Below are positions 22,127 through 33,420 of a stretch of 47,395 bases of DNA, one piece after another. Position numbers and translations under genes: made by a program. The stretch comes from Octopus bimaculoides. Taxonomy: Eukaryota. The notes under the pieces are model-generated. The model made no database searches and had not been told where the DNA came from. It saw only the letters and a list, made by a program, of their open reading frames with translations. The stretch spans positions 35,838,905 to 35,886,299 of the forward strand of contig NC_069002.1 of NCBI RefSeq assembly GCF_001194135.2, written 5' to 3'. Position 1 is the first letter of the stretch. The number at the start of each line of letters is the position of its first letter.

Positions 22127-22218
22127 ATCCCTTGAGCCACTCTATTACTTCGGCTAAATATTAATAAAAATACACATATACTCATATTTTGAGTTCTATT
22201 TTACCTGTTTGCATCAAC

Positions 22219-23110
22219 NNNNNNNNNNNNNNNNNNNNNNNNNNNNNNNNNNNNNNNNNNNNNNNNNNNNNNNNNNNNNNNNNNNNNNNNNNNNNNNNNN
22301 NNNNNNNNNNNNNNNNNNNNNNNNNNNNNNNNNNNNNNNNNNNNNNNNNNNNNNNNNNNNNNNNNNNNNNNNNNNNNNNNNNNNNNNNNNNNNNNNNNNN
22401 NNNNNNNNNNNNNNNNNNNNNNNNNNNNNNNNNNNNNNNNNNNNNNNNNNNNNNNNNNNNNNNNNNNNNNNNNNNNNNNNNNNNNNNNNNNNNNNNNNNN
22501 NNNNNNNNNNNNNNNNNNNNNNNNNNNNNNNNNNNNNNNNNNNNNNNNNNNNNNNNNNNNNNNNNNNNNNNNNNNNNNNNNNNNNNNNNNNNNNNNNNNN
22601 NNNNNNNNNNNNNNNNNNNNNNNNNNNNNNNNNNNNNNNNNNNNNNNNNNNNNNNNNNNNNNNNNNNNNNNNNNNNNNNNNNNNNNNNNNNNNNNNNNNN
22701 NNNNNNNNNNNNNNNNNNNNNNNNNNNNNNNNNNNNNNNNNNNNNNNNNNNNNNNNNNNNNNNNNNNNNNNNNNNNNNNNNNNNNNNNNNNNNNNNNNNN
22801 NNNNNNNNNNNNNNNNNNNNNNNNNNNNNNNNNNNNNNNNNNNNNNNNNNNNNNNNNNNNNNNNNNNNNNNNNNNNNNNNNNNNNNNNNNNNNNNNNNNN
22901 NNNNNNNNNNNNNNNNNNNNNNNNNNNNNNNNNNNNNNNNNNNNNNNNNNNNNNNNNNNNNNNNNNNNNNNNNNNNNNNNNNNNNNNNNNNNNNNNNNNN
23001 NNNNNNNNNNNNNNNNNNNNNNNNNNNNNNNNNNNNNNNNNNNNNNNNNNNNNNNNNNNNNNNNNNNNNNNNNNNNNNNNNNNNNNNNNNNNNNNNNNNN
23101 NNNNNNNNNN
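22219..23110. other. Assembly gap (N run) inside the RNF145-like intron
   Basis: N run. Other gaps: 2928-3225, 6492-6501, 21617-21626, 29790-29799, 30807-31621, 34966-35572, 38352-38668, 41227-41419, 42194-42916 and 43679-43688. Confidence 1.
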
Positions 23111-23484
23111 TATATATAGATAGATAGATAGACATATACGCTTATATAGCTAAGTTTAAAGTTTAACTTTAGCTAACAAAAATAAACTGCCCAATGCATT
23201 TTCTGCTTGCCTTATCTCTTTCTGTTTGTGACATATCTATTGAATGCATTGATATAAGATGACATTGAAGGCTGACTGATCTACTTTTCACTGTACATAT
23301 TTTGTGTGTTCAATAGTTTAGTTAGTGTTAGCTATTTTAATGCCAGTCTGTGTTTTGATCAGTGTTCTAGTTTCATGGCATGACCAGATGAAAGATAATT
23401 TTACCCTCTGCATAGGACATCAGTCTATACAGATAAAAACTTCAATTATGTCATCAAAATCTCATTTACAAGATAATGCAATTT

Positions 23485-23705
23485 TTAACCCTTTCGTTAC
23501 CATATTTGTGTTGAAACACACTGTTTATTTCAATTAATTTTGAAAATAACGAAGAATTTAGTAAAATAGTTTAATCATTTCTAAGCTGGTGTTTAGAGCA
23601 GAAATTAACATGAAATTTTGATTGAAGTTATTAAGATCATTTTAAAACAGTTTGTATGATATAACCAGGGGCTGTCTAGGGTTGGTTAGTGTCAAAAGGG
23701 TTTAA
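23485..23705. mobile_element. piggyBac-like MITE
   Basis: TTAA-CCCTTT ... AAAGGG-TTTAA termini. Related fragments at 4398-4595, 16080-16270, 20440-20500, 23720-23770, 25750-25835, 36080-36320 and 36655-36780. Confidence 0.6.
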
Positions 23706-24045
23706 TTCAAAGCAATGAAGATTACAAAAGTGTTACATTTGAGAGAGTTATTTGAATGCTGAAGGGTTAATGGTACAGCATTGAAGTGCATCTTGGTTGC
23801 CACTGCTTGAAGAACCTCATTTTGTGTCCCTTTTTGTACAAATATAGCTGTAGATGTAATGAGTTTGTTCATAGCTGTGTAGTATTGGGTTCTGTCCCAT
23901 TGTAATTTCTATGGAAGCCTGTCATCAAAACTATGTCCAAATGAGATGCTTCCTCGAGACAAATACTTTTCAGGCTTTCAACAGCATATCTGCTTTAAGT
24001 ATGATATTGATATACCATACTTCTATTGTTGCTATATGTATAATC

Positions 24046-24411
24046 AGTGGAGGCTCAATGGTTAGGGCAGTGGACTCGCGGTCATAGGATCACGATTTCG
24101 GTTCCCAGACCGGGCGTTGTGAGTGTTTATTGAGCGAAAACACCTAAAATCCCCATGAGGCTCCGGCAGGGGATGGTGACGAACCCTGCTGTACTCTTTC
24201 ACCACAACTTTCTCTCACTCTTCTTGTTTTTGTTGTACCTGTATTTCAAAGGGTCAGCCTTGTCACGCTGAATCTCCCCCGGGAACTACGTTAAGGGTAC
24301 ACGTGTCTGTGGAGTGCTCAGCCACTTGCACGTTAATTTCACGAACAGGCTGTTCCGTTGATCGGATCAACTGGAACCCTTGACGTTGTAAGCAACAGAG
24401 TGCCAACAACA
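24046..24411 (+). mobile_element. tRNA-derived SINE, family D, full length
   Basis: Same family as 4977-5330. 19-bp TSD TATTGTTGCTA(T/C)ATGTATA at 24024-24042 and 24412-24430. Confidence 0.9.
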
Positions 24412-24784
24412 TATTGTTGCTACATGTATATCAATATCACCTACATTGAGGATAGAAAAAGTGGCTCTGCTAGAAGTTTCTTACTTAAAAGCAGTTTCCA
24501 AACTAATATTTTTGAGTTATTGATTGCAAGTAGGGATGTTTAATTACAAACATACACAGATACACAAACGTATATATACATATATATATAGCTTGGAATT
24601 AGTATCTGACACACATGGTTGGTTTCAGTTTTAGTTCAGTTACTACAGCAGCTGTTCCATTGTATTGATAGTATTTAGTTTTTGTTTTATTATTTCATAC
24701 CACTGTTCGCAAATAAGTATGTTGTTAGTTCCAGGATTTTCTTACAGTGCTAGAGCTGTCGGTTAAGACTGTAGCTTAGTTATA

Positions 24785-24911
24785 CAGGGTGTCCACAAAG
24801 TCTGGGTACATGGGGATTAACACATACTTTAAGAAATTAATATTTCTTATATTTAATTGTTTATGTGATGATTTTATTTACTCCATGTACCCAGACCTTG
24901 CGGACACCCTG
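24785..24911. mobile_element. Tc1/mariner-type MITE, 127 bp
   Basis: TA-CAGGGTGTCCACAAAGTCTGGGTACATGG ... CCATGTACCCAGACCTTGCGGACACCCTG-TA: roughly 29-bp terminal inverted repeats (TIRs) with a TA duplication. Confidence 0.9.
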
Positions 24912-24918
24912 TAGAACA

Positions 24919-25720
24919 AAAGTTGCAGAGGATTTCCTTCAAAAGGCATCGGTTTTTCAATTTCCTTGTCAATGTTTACATCATCTTCTGATTGCACCAA
25001 ATGTAAGCTATGGACACAAGACATGCAGTGGAATCATAGGTAGATTAACAGATAAGGTCACCTTTGTGTGTGGCAGATGTGTAGGAACAATAAGCACTGA
25101 GAGAACACGGGGCTTAGTCTCTCTCAAATGCCCAAGAGGCTCTCTTGAGGTTGTAGATAGTTTCTGTTACCTAGGTAACCAAATTAGCAATGGTGTCGGG
25201 GGATGCTCTGAAAGTATTATTTCTAGAATATGAATAGGATGGAGAAGTTCAGAGAGTTACTACTTCTGTTAGCAACAAAAGGACTCTCTCTCAGAGTGAA
25301 AGGCAGATTGTATGATGCTTGTGTACGAATGGCCATACTCCATGGTAATGAGACATGGGCTCTGAATGCAGAGAACATGCAAAGACTAATGAGAAATGAT
25401 GGCAGTATGCTCTGCTAGATGTGCAGCATCAATATGCATGAACGACAAAGCGCAAATATGTGGAGAGAAAAATTGGGCTTAAGAGTAATCAGATGCTGCA
25501 TGTAAGAGAGGAGACTGCGTTGGTTTGGACATGGAATGTGTATGAATGAAGATAGCTGTATAAAGAAGGGCCGGTCACTGGAAGTGGATTGGAGCCATGG
25601 AAGAGGGAGACCCAGGAAGATAAGATGAAATGGTGAGGACTGATCTCAGGATGCTGGGGCTCACAGAAGAAATGACAATGGACCAAGATGTCTGGCAACA
25701 TGAGGTTCTAGAAGCATTAC
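24919..25720 (+). pseudogene. RTE-clade LINE ORF2 C-terminal fragment with stops and frameshifts
   Basis: A C/H-rich segment (FVCGRC) is followed by LEVVDSFCYLG, GCSESI..RI, KFRELL.LL.TKGLSLRVKGRLYDACVR..LHG.ETWAL, RRLRWFGH and GRGRPRK, all typical of RTE ORF2 ends. Confidence 0.85.
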
Positions 25721-26575
25721 ATATATAATACTTTGTTCCAGTCATTAGATGGCAGTGATGCTTGATAATTCAGAACAATATGAATAAATAAGCATTGCAT
25801 TTGGCAGAATAATCTTAATGCTAAGGGGTTAAAACATGTAGTGAAACAGGGCCAAAGAGAGTCTGTTGTCTGTTCAAGACTACATAGGCACCTAATACAA
25901 TAAGCAGAAGTTTGATACGTGTTGCTAGGTCGGACTGAAACGTGAATTATGGCTGTGGCTTAGGAGATTTGTTCATTTGTTGGGAACCAATTCCTTTTCT
26001 GTGGAAAGGATTAAAGCAGAGAGCTGACACTCCACATTGGTAATAATCAGTAAATCTCCTAAACTCTCATAATAATGTTATATTGTATGTAGTAATATAT
26101 TTGATAATCATCATCATCATTGTTATCTGTCACTTTTCCCTTTCCCCCACCCTTATTGACTTGCCTTCTTCAAGCTTTACTCTCTTAGTTATTTACTTTA
26201 GGAAAGAAAACGTGCTGATATAGGCACCATTTTCACCATATTTCTATCCCATAGCAACCCTGCTGTTCATGTTGTCATACAAATTTAATAATCTATCTCC
26301 CGGCCATAGCAACCTCTCAGGATCGATGTTTTTACAGGACTTGATTTCCTGTAACTGCAACTCTTCCATTTATGTATTTGTATAACTTCCTACCAACTGA
26401 TCTCTCCTAGGAAGCCACTTATATACTTCCATTATCTATGTAGTTACCACTCAACCTTACTACCTCTCATTCTCATTTTCCCTAGCAACCCAACAATTAT
26501 GTTACACACACAGACACACACACATGCATGCATGCGTATAAATATACTAAAGTAATCTGATTTCAGCATTATCGT

Positions 26576-26957
26576 CTCTTATTTCAGTCATTAGACTACG
26601 GCCATGGTGGGGCACCACCTCGAACAATCTGTTTTACTGAATAAATCGACTCCAGTACTTATATTTTGTTGTTAAGCCTGATACTTATTCTATCAGTCTC
26701 TTTTACTGAACCGCTAGACCATGGCTATAAAAACACATCGACACTGGTTGTCAAGTGGTGGCAAGGGATAAACAAAGACACACACACACACACATGATAT
26801 GATGGGCTTCTTTCAGTTTCCGTCTATCAAATTCACTCACATGGCTTTGGTCACCCCGAAGCTAAGGTAGAAGACACTTGCCCAAGGTGTCACATAGTGG
26901 GACTGAACATGAAACCATGTGGTTGGGAAGCAAGCTTCTTACCACACAGCCACACCT
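26576..26957 (-). mobile_element. SINE family A, full length
   Basis: Reverse complement of the family A consensus. Confidence 0.85.
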
Positions 26958-27263
26958 TGTTGGGAAGCAAGATTTTTGCCACACTGTCATGCCTTGTTTA
27001 ATTTCCCTTTTCCAACACACACACACACACACACATACGCAAACTCTCTGTCCCTTTATATCTATCTCTCTTTCCATCTGTCTGTCAGTCAGTCTATGTA
27101 TATCCGTCCGTCCGTCCGTCTGTCTGTTTATGTCTATTTACCTGTCTGTCTATATATGAATATCTGTCGACTTACTTATGTCTGTCTGTCTGTCACTACA
27201 TGTGGATTGTTGGCGATTTTTTTTTTTCTTTTTTCCTTTCTCTTACCTCTGTCTCCTGTCTCC

Positions 27264-27300
27264 TGTTTCTGAAGAAGAGCTTTGCTCGAAACGGTAAACA
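27264..27300 (+). ncRNA. Degenerate PLE-type hammerhead motif, third family
   Basis: TGTTT-CTGAAGA-A-GAGC(ttt)GCTC-GAAA-CGGTA-AACA. Core and 4-bp stem II are intact. The stem III palindrome and stem I register are disturbed by one nucleotide. Confidence 0.5.
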
Positions 27301-27418
27301 ACCTTTCTTCCCTTCCCCTGAGCATCCTTTAATACTTTGGATGCACCAAGTCCTCACGTTGTTTTTTTTCTTGTGGTTTTTTCCTTGTTTTTTTTTATTT
27401 GTTTTTTTGGGGGGATTG

Positions 27419-27453
<35 letters not shown>

Positions 27454-27556
27454 ATGTGTATATCTATGTATATACATCTGTATCTTTCTTTATATATGTA
27501 TATACATATATCGTTACTACATTTTTAATGCTTGTTTTTTTGTTGTTTTATTTCAG

Positions 27557-29520
27557 CTTTCATTTTGGCCATAACACTTGCTGTGTTACCACTGAAGAAG
27601 CTGGTCAACTTCTACATGTACCTGGTCAGTGCACTGCTCCTGACAGTAAGTTACCATGTGTCCTTTTCCTACGTCGAGGATGAGAAGACCCTGGGCTTCG
27701 ACCATTCTCCTTTCAATGATTTGCGTGAGAACCCGGCTCGCATTCAAGAATTACTCTTGTATTTATGCATCCAATGGCTCATAGGAGCCCTGATAGCCTA
27801 CCTGCTAGACATCAAAAATTGGACAAAATACTTGACTCTGGCATTCTCTACACCTGTGTTGGCCCATTTGGCTGGTGTACCTGTCGATCACCTGAGCGCC
27901 GTTCACAATGTTGCTTCAACCGTCATCATTTCTGTCATTCTTCTGCACCTGTTCAATAGTCTCAGTTGCACTTTGGATTTTGTCAAAACAGAAATCAATC
28001 GTCTCTGGCAAATAATAAATGCCACAGGCTGGCTACCAATAATTGTTTCTCTGTGGCACACAATAATGTTACCCACACAGCTTCTGTTGTTCTGGATGGT
28101 TCTGTTTTGCACGCAGCTGTACATATATCTGAGTGCAGAAAACAATCCCATCATCCAGGAGGGTTGGCTGGTGATGGTCCTGGCTAGTATTGGCGAGTGC
28201 TGTGCGACGCCGGTCAGTCTCTTTGCACTCTGTGTCACAATCTCTTATGCATCCTACTACATCTTGACACTCACTAAACTCTATTTGCAAGGCTGGAATG
28301 CCATTGGCCACGACAATGATGGAATGCGAGGATGGACCGAGGGCTTCACAATGCTGCTGATTGCAATGCAGACCGGTCTTTTAGAGCTACGGCCCTTGCA
28401 GCGTGCCTTTCTTATGAGTATCCTGTTGTTCATTGTGGCTTCATCTTTGATTCAATCCATGTACGAGATGGCAGACCCCATCCTCTTGACTCTTAGCGCT
28501 TCTCGAAATGGCAGCATCTTCAAACATTTGAGGGCTGTTGTTCTGTGTACTTTCCTATGGATGTTTCCTCTCTATATGACGTACATGATATGTCAGTACC
28601 TTGACCTTGATTTCTGGCTGCTCGTTATCATCTCTAGCTGTTTGCTGACGTCTGTGCAGGTCATTGGCTCCCTTGCTATCTATGTCCTCTTCATGTATGA
28701 TTATGTACGCAATGAGCCATGGGAGTCCCTCGATGATGTCATCTACTACGCTCGGTCGACCACTCGGGTTCTCGAGTTCATCGTTGCCGTTTTCGTTGTG
28801 TGTTACGGACTGAAGGAGACGCTGTTCGGTGTGTGGAGCTGGATCAACTCATCCATCCTCATCATACACTGTTACTTCAATGTCTGGCAGCGACTGCAGA
28901 GTGGCTGGAAGAGCTTCCTGCAACGCCGGGAGGCTGTCAAGATGCTGGAATCGATGCCAAGCGCCAGCCAGGAGCAGTTGAAGACTCATGGAGATGTGTG
29001 TGCGATATGCTTTCAGGAGATGACTGTCGCTCGGATTACCAAGTGCAACCACTTCTTCCACGGGTTCTGTCTGCGAAAGTGGCTCTATGTGAAGGATGCT
29101 TGCCCCATGTGCCACCAGAAAGTGTCGTCTATCTATAAGGAAGAAGAGTCGCCTGTTGCAAGCGAAAATAATAACACTGAAGATGGTGGCATTGAAACGC
29201 AATCTGGTGCTGCAACGGAATTTTTCCAAACTTCTAAAGAGAAGCCATCAACAGAAACAACAACAGCTGGACAATCAGAAGCAATGCCATCTATCAGTGG
29301 ACACATCAGCGACAACATACCAGCCAGTCTTATTGATGGGGTTTCTCTACAAAAACAGCAGGAAGTTGAGCCAGTGGCATCTGCCAAACTGAAGGAATTC
29401 AAATTGGAACAGGAATCTGGTTCAAATCTTGTTTCTGACAAAGAAGATCGAGTGAATGATGATGGGAAACAGGCGCGCCACACAGCAGGTACTCCTGTAA
29501 TCTCCGTGTCAGAAGCCTAA
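27557..29520 (+). CDS. RNF145: RNF145-like E3 ligase, second coding exon (TRC8_N multi-pass membrane domain, RING-H2 and acidic tail); spliced protein 719 aa
   Basis: Acceptor ttgttgttttatttcag| ends at 27556; G+CT rebuilds Ala66. The frame stays open to TAA at 29518-29520. ECCATPVSL, GWTEGFTMLLIAMQTGLLEL, DFWLLVIISS, DDVIYY and GWKSFLQRR are closer to recalled RNF145 than to RNF139/TRC8. The C3H2C3 RING CAICFQEM...CNHFFHGFCLRKWLYVKDACPMC is at 28999-29112. Confidence 0.93.
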
Positions 29521-29529
29521 TAATTAATT

Positions 29530-29535
29530 AATAAA
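29530..29535 (+). other. Possible proximal polyadenylation signal of the RNF145-like gene
   Basis: AATAAA 10 nt after the stop codon. Further AATAAA hexamers occur near 29775, so actual use is unknown. Confidence 0.25.
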
Positions 29536-32357
29536 TGTCTCAAAAACAAGTAAAAATACCCCCCCAAAAAAATATCGACTAGTACTGCTGATAGAGAGAA
29601 ATTTAGTCTGTACCTTACCTCACAGCTCCCTGATAAAATGAAAATACATTTTCTTTTTGTGTTTTTAGCGGGTGAGGGGATTAGTGCAATGACAGGGTGA
29701 CGGTGGGGTAGGGTTAACATCTTAGCTTGAGCAAGTACTTTATTGCTGATTAGAATTTCAGCTCAAAGAACAAAAATAAAAATAAAATANNNNNNNNNNA
29801 AAAAAAAAACAACCCAGAAACCAAAAGTGTTCTCATGGAAGGATCGATATTTTATCAATTGCTTTGACGGTTCGACCATCCATGTCTTACCTGAGCTGTC
29901 GATAAATGTTGATTTTTTTTTTTTTTTTTTTTGGTAAAAAACAAAAATGCACTCTTTTTTTTTCCTTATCTTTTTCCTCTCCCCTCCTCCTGTTACATCT
30001 GCTCCATATTTCCTTCCACCACTTCTATCACCCTTTCCCCAACTTCTACAAGATAAAAGAACAAAAAAGAAAAACAAGACATTTTTATAAATGGTATTTT
30101 AACTGGCATCTCACCCTCTTTATTTTTAAACCACACACCTACATACATATTTGTATTAATGTATGTTTTGTAAATCTGTGTGTGTATATATATATAAGCT
30201 TTTGTATATGTTTGTCCCAGACGTTTTATGAATAGAAATGTCCCTGATTATTACGTATTTATTTATTTTTTTTGTTGTTACTGTCTTACCTTTGCTGTTC
30301 TCGTAACTCGTCCTTTTTACCTTTCACATTTTTTTTTTGTACCTGTCCTCTTTACCCTTATTTGCACTCATCTTCCACATCCGCTCATTCACACCCCAGA
30401 AGATTATGTTGCTGACACTGCCAAATTGAGCAATATTATTGATGGTATCAAAATTGTGATGATTTTTGGTCGACAACTGATGAGGGGTTGAGCATGTCCA
30501 ATGTGTGTGTGTGTTTCCTCCTGTTTTATGCACGTTCCTTTGTTGTCATTGTGTGCTGCATTTTATCAGTATAATATATGTGTTTATATATATATATATA
30601 TCTATATATTACATGCAAAAATAAGAGGAATGACCTGCAAAAGTGGACTCCTATATGCTAGAAATAGATGCCGAATCATCTAACCATGAAAAATATGTCC
30701 ACTTTTGCTGGTCATTCCTCTTATTTTTGTATGTAATATAATTTTAATCTTCGGATTTTTTTAATATGCTAGACCACTGGTTTTAATTGATTAATATCAA
30801 TTTCTANNNNNNNNNNNNNNNNNNNNNNNNNNNNNNNNNNNNNNNNNNNNNNNNNNNNNNNNNNNNNNNNNNNNNNNNNNNNNNNNNNNNNNNNNNNNNN
30901 NNNNNNNNNNNNNNNNNNNNNNNNNNNNNNNNNNNNNNNNNNNNNNNNNNNNNNNNNNNNNNNNNNNNNNNNNNNNNNNNNNNNNNNNNNNNNNNNNNNN
31001 NNNNNNNNNNNNNNNNNNNNNNNNNNNNNNNNNNNNNNNNNNNNNNNNNNNNNNNNNNNNNNNNNNNNNNNNNNNNNNNNNNNNNNNNNNNNNNNNNNNN
31101 NNNNNNNNNNNNNNNNNNNNNNNNNNNNNNNNNNNNNNNNNNNNNNNNNNNNNNNNNNNNNNNNNNNNNNNNNNNNNNNNNNNNNNNNNNNNNNNNNNNN
31201 NNNNNNNNNNNNNNNNNNNNNNNNNNNNNNNNNNNNNNNNNNNNNNNNNNNNNNNNNNNNNNNNNNNNNNNNNNNNNNNNNNNNNNNNNNNNNNNNNNNN
31301 NNNNNNNNNNNNNNNNNNNNNNNNNNNNNNNNNNNNNNNNNNNNNNNNNNNNNNNNNNNNNNNNNNNNNNNNNNNNNNNNNNNNNNNNNNNNNNNNNNNN
31401 NNNNNNNNNNNNNNNNNNNNNNNNNNNNNNNNNNNNNNNNNNNNNNNNNNNNNNNNNNNNNNNNNNNNNNNNNNNNNNNNNNNNNNNNNNNNNNNNNNNN
31501 NNNNNNNNNNNNNNNNNNNNNNNNNNNNNNNNNNNNNNNNNNNNNNNNNNNNNNNNNNNNNNNNNNNNNNNNNNNNNNNNNNNNNNNNNNNNNNNNNNNN
31601 NNNNNNNNNNNNNNNNNNNNNTATATATAGTTTTAGGGAAAAGAACCAAGGTTCATGAACTCATCTATGAAAATCCATTGTCATATATAGAAAAATTAAT
31701 AAGTAAAAGTAGAACTATATATTTATACTGTTAAACTTATTTTAATTTTTGATAAATTGAATTTAATTGAGTTTTTACCTGTAAATTTGGATTTTCATCC
31801 CTAATATTATTATTATATATATGTATGTATTGGTATTGAAAATATGTGTGTGTCTGTTTGTCTATCTGTGTGTCTGTCTTATGGTAAACCAAACTTGTAA
31901 CTTAATAAATCATGTGTACTTGGAGCAATTCCTGTCTGGGTATTGCTGTTGTTGTGCACCACAAACTTGTTAAATATTATTTACAATATTGTACAATACT
32001 GAAGTTTTAATCTGTTATTTTCTGATGTCTGTATATATATATGTGTGTGTGGGGAATTCAGGCTCCCATATGTATATTTGTACTCAACCTAGACATACGT
32101 TTACATGCTCATGGTTACGGGCATGTTGTATTTATTTATCTTCAATATGCAGACTCCACACATACACTCAAGTTATGTTTATTAAGGTGTAAAAATATCT
32201 GTATGTACATTTTATATATACACATACATACATACATACACTTTACATACATCAGCTAGACATGTGTATGCTTGTGTGTGTTCCCCCAAATACCTGATGA
32301 AGGGGCATGCTTCAGTAGTGCAAGCTCCCCTTAGAAATATGAAGGGTTTGGGTATAG

Positions 32358-32413
32358 TTAACACACACACACACACTCTCTCTCTCTTTCTCTCTCTCTG
32401 TCTCTCTCTATCT

Positions 32414-32484
<71 letters not shown>

Positions 32485-32545
32485 CCTCTCTCTCTCCCTC
32501 TCTCTCTCCCTTTCTCTCTCCCCCTCTCTCTCTCTCTTTCCTCAC
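32358..32545 (+). repeat. (CA)n followed by a long (CT)n polypyrimidine microsatellite
   Basis: Directly visible; about 170 nt almost entirely C/T. Confidence 0.95.
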
Positions 32546-32926
32546 ACACACATGGCCTTTTTGTGTTTAGCCTTTAATCTTTTATTGAAACTGTCAAGTA
32601 ATGATGTTTGAAAATATCTTTTTATCTCGTATAAACAATAGAATTCTAGACGAATGGTTATGACCCGAAACCACTGTTGCTTGTGTGGTGCTGTAATTAG
32701 TGGTCCCAGGTGACAGTGTTGGTTGTAGTTTCGGTTGGCAATAGCTTATACAGTAGAAACCAAACGTCCAGGATTATTGATTACTTTGATGATGACAATG
32801 ACGATAAAGAATATTTAATATATTCTTCAGTTACCATATTCTAATCACAGAGAATACTCTAGGACTTCCCAGAGAACCATTTTGGCCAAAATGCTACTAT
32901 AACTTGCCCTCTAACAATCCAACATA

Positions 32927-32928
<2 letters not shown>

Positions 32929-32962
<34 letters not shown>

Positions 32963-33165
32963 GGTTTGGTTCAGTTCCAGCTTTATTCCTGGTAGGAATT
33001 ATGTGGATAGGAGTTACTACCTGTAACCTTAGGCATCTACAAGTTTTCAGGAGTCTTTCAAGGGCTTAGAACCCTCCTGATAGTCCTTGTTGTCCCTAAA
33101 AGACAGACTTTCTGTAGGAGCCCCACTGGGCATTCTATTTCAATCTCTTTCTATGATTTTTTATT
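32929..33165 (-). mobile_element. 3' end of an R4/Dong-like (RLE) non-LTR retrotransposon with (AAT)n tail
   Basis: The minus strand reads IECPVGLLQKVCLLGTTRTIRRVLSP* (stop at 33060-33058), matching the clade's terminal motif LQK..LLGT..I.R.VL. A ~95-nt UTR follows, then the (TAA)n run at 32929-32961. Confidence 0.7.
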
Positions 33166-33169
33166 GTTG

Positions 33170-33382
33170 AGGTGCTAAGCTGGCAGAATCGGTAGCACGC
33201 CAGGCGAAAAGCTTAGCAGTATTTTGCCTGCCACTACGTTCTGAGTTCAAATTCTGCCGAGGTCGACTTAGCCTTTCATCCTTTCTGGAGTCGATTAAAT
33301 AAGTACCAGTTACACTGGGGGTCAATGTAATTGACTTAAGTCCTTCCCCAAAATTTGAGGCCTTGTGCTTCCAGTAGAAAGG

Positions 33383-33420
<38 letters not shown>

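Larger units (their letters stand above)
20088..27556 (+). other. RNF145-like phase-1 intron, 7469 nt
   Basis: GTAAGT donor and polypyrimidine-CAG acceptor. The phases match, and the protein homology is continuous across the junction (ANFIYYA-A-FILAITLAVLP versus human LNMHYVG-YILSVVLLTLP). Confidence 0.85.

Noticed and set aside
22219-23110. A hidden RNF145 exon in the intronic gap
   Set aside because: Exon phases match and homology is continuous across 20087/27557, so no extra exon is needed. It cannot be formally excluded.
27532-27556. TTG-initiated N-terminus (MFFCCFIS) of the 662-aa ORF
   Set aside because: This is the intron's polypyrimidine tract and acceptor; the true N-terminus is encoded at 19892-20087.
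28800-29483. Alternative-frame and antisense ORFs overlapping the RNF145 and LRRC51 CDSs
   Set aside because: Shadow ORFs of real coding sequence with no independent motifs.
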